In this document: one piece after another, positions 61,780-64,000 of the stretch
Position numbering within the stretch: the first letter of the stretch is position 1
How the letters are laid out: every line of letters starts with the position of its first letter
Origin: Podarcis pityusensis
Taxonomy: Eukaryota
Reading direction: 5' to 3' (one strand)
Length of the DNA: 64,000 nucleotides
Assembly: GCA_964106645.2 (NCBI GenBank)
Contig: OZ067041.1
Notes under the pieces: model-generated
Database searches by the model: none
What the model was told of the DNA's origin: nothing
Seen by the model: the letters and a program-made list of their open reading frames with translations, nothing else
Made by a program: the position numbers and the translations under genes

Positions 61780-64000
61780 GCGGCAAATGGGGCGGGGAAC
61801 GAGGGAGGACCAGAAGGTGAACCTACTGGTGTTAACAGTCTCCTGCTGCGTCGTTAAGCGCTCCTGAACTCAGGTGATTATTTGGAGCCATGCCACGGCT
61901 GGAAGAAGAAGATGATGAGGATGAAGAAGAGTGTCGGGTATTTGCTTGCTCGCTGACGGTCGTTTGCAAGACAACCCTGTCGCCTTTCTGTCTCTTGCTG
62001 TGCTCCTGGTGCTTCTTCCAGCTGGTCGGAGGAGGATTCTCGGAGGGTCCTAGCGTGGAAGGAGAAAGAACGGGGCTGGCAACGGTTTGCGGACGGAAAA
62101 CCAGCAAGCCTGTATTTTTCACCAGGCACGAAGGACTTAATAACCACCCAGAGTAAAACTGGCAGACGAGTCAAAGGAAGGTAGAGAAGGGGAAATCATG
62201 GAGAGCAAAAGGAAACTCAATCGTGGTTAGAAGCAAAGAAAAAGAAAGAAATGCTACAGAGGAAAGGGGGGTGGGTAGGGAAAAAAATAGAAATGAAAGT
62301 ATAAAAAACAGAGTGAGAAACACTGATTATCTCTCTCTGCCCCGCCCCCCGCCTCTAAAAACCCCCCTCCTAATTTGCAAGTAGGGAAGGGGAGGGAGAG
62401 GAGCGGCATGTACCACTAATTCTCAAAGGGAGGGGGAGGAAGCCATTGTGACATACCCTCCGCTCCCACCTTCCCGCTCCCGGGTGTCCGGCTTCCTCGT
62501 CGGAGGCGTCGAGTCGTTGAGACCGGGGACGTCCCGTCAGAGAAAGGCCTTCAGGGAAAGAGAAGCACAAAGGAGGGGGGGACCCGCGCTCTCAACGCCC
62601 CTCCCCTGGCGGTCGGGATGGTCCGTCCCGTTCCTTCGGTGGGAGGAGGAGGAGGAGGAGGGGCAGCGGGCGCGACGCCTCCCCGCGCAGCGACACACGG
62701 ACCCGGCGCTGCGAAGGGAAGGAGGCGGAGGAGGAGGCTGCGCTGCCGAGCCGTAGCGGCGGCGGTTGCTGCTGCTGCTGCTGAGAACGGAGCCCCCAGC
62801 ATGGCCGGGTCCATTGTGGCGGCGGACGCTCCGCCGGCTCCTCCCGGCCGCCGCCGCCGCCGCTGCTCGTCCTCTTCCCCTCCATCTCGGCTCTGTTGCC
62901 ACCGCCGCCCGGCTGCGCCCGCCCTGCCCGGCTTGCTCTCGCTGGGCTTGCTCCTCTCCCGCGTCTGCTGCGGTGAGTCGCCGCAGAAACTTTTCTCTCT
63001 TTTTTCCGCGAAGGGGGCGGCGGCTCCTCTCCGGACCAAACCAGTTCCCTCTCCCCCTCCAGCCTCTCCCCTCCGTCGTCCGAGCGCGGGGCGCGAAGGG
63101 GCCGCCGCTGTGGGAGGGACGGAGGTTGAGAAAGAGCGAGCGAGGGAGGGAGAAGTGGCGGGCGGGACTTAGGGGAAACTTTTCCCTCAACCGCTAGTCG
63201 GGAGAAGTTGCGTGTCCGGTGGAGGCGAGGTGGGCCAAGCCGGAGGCGAGAGACCCCGGCCGGAGGCGCAGGGGCGGCGGGAGGAGGGGAAGTGCCTCGC
63301 GTCTTTTCTCTTCATGAGGGGAAATGGAGGAACCAACCTCGAGGGTCCTTCCCCCCCACCCCTTTTTCAACATTTCGCGAGGGGGGGCTGGAGGGTGAGC
63401 TTATTCGGTGTGGGGGGGCGGTTGCTGCTTCTGGGTGTGGCGCTCGAGGGGGGCTTCTTGTGAAGGGGGGGCGCGCGAAGCCGGGCAAGAGTTGTGGGGC
63501 GTCGAAGAGCAAGCGATGTGTGCGAGGGTGTGTCTTGTCTGCAGCTCATGTTCCTCTGCTGAGATAAATACTCGTTTTCTCGTGCGCTCGTTAAAAGGCA
63601 CACACATACACGGAGGCAGCGCTTTCCGAGCCCGTGGCTGGGCTAGCACGATCAACATCCCCCCGCTTCCCCGACTTGTCTCCGGCAGGCGGGAGCCTCG
63701 AAGGTCCGCCGCTCTTTTTAATAGTTTGTGTGTATTTGTGCGTTGCCAACCCCGCGCATCTGCTATTCCGGGAGCGCTCCTCTGCCCGGCGTCGGCGCGC
63801 AGGCGGAGAGAGTGAGCGTGTGTGTCCTGCCGCCTTGTTGTGTTTTGTTGTCGGCGCTGTTGCTGGGAGTTGGAGCTGTTGGGATTCCACTTGTCACTTG
63901 GAGCCGCCGCCGCCGAGACCGTTACGTCCGGCATTCTGGGAGCTGCGCTGGCTGGAAGCTGCTCTCGCTCGTCTCCGTTCTGTCTCGGCTGATGACGGGG
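61780..64000. promoter_or_regulatory. CpG-island promoter
   Basis: Abrupt rise in GC and CpG; GC box GGGGCGGGG at ~61789; (GGA)n, (GCT)n and (GCC)n runs; contains a first coding exon. Confidence 0.92.
62801..62972 (+). CDS. NECTIN3: First coding exon (signal peptide) of a cell-surface/secreted protein, best match nectin-3
   Basis: Strong Kozak CCCAGCATGG. Encodes MAGSIVAADAPPAPPGRRRRRCSSSSPPSRLCCHRRPAAPALPGLLSLGLLLSRVCC-G(phase 1) and ends at the donor GCG|GTGAGT. As recalled, mammalian nectin-3 exon 1 is a similarly long Pro-rich leader ending LLLFSRLC-G in phase 1. The exon is well supported; the symbol rests on a short motif and is tentative. Confidence 0.6.

Noticed and set aside
62537-63934. 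Numerous long ORFs on both strands of the CpG island
   Set aside because: Such ORFs are expected in very GC-rich DNA; only 62801-62972 has Kozak context, a signal peptide and a splice donor.

Overview
This is vertebrate genomic DNA, almost certainly from a squamate and probably a lacertid lizard, judging by the Sauria/Squam1-type SINEs, BovB, and L2 and CR1 LINEs. About 62 kb is repeat-rich, apparently intergenic sequence. The window ends in a CpG island (~61780-64000) holding the first coding exon of a + strand gene for a signal-peptide protein (62801-62972, phase-1 donor), which best resembles NECTIN3. No other host coding exon is recognisable; the remaining ORFs are LINE/LTR remnants, low-complexity, or chance. 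Mobile elements include Sauria SINEs, tRNA/CR1-tail SINEs, L1, L2, CR1, RTE, BovB, a decayed R4/Dong LINE, a solo LTR, and many hAT and Tc1/mariner MITEs, often nested. The most interesting observations are four. (1) Two distinct, full-length, non-coding poly(A) retroposons with long TSDs (17256-18402, 28302-29996) carry Pol II promoter-like heads (CTCF+YY1; ETS+YY1) and look like non-autonomous L1 parasites. (2) A solo LTR carries an open 139-codon ORF. (3) An R4/Dong remnant has insect-like motifs. (4) A chain of minus-strand splice signals suggests a divergent lncRNA. Family names come from recall and pattern recognition, not from database searches.
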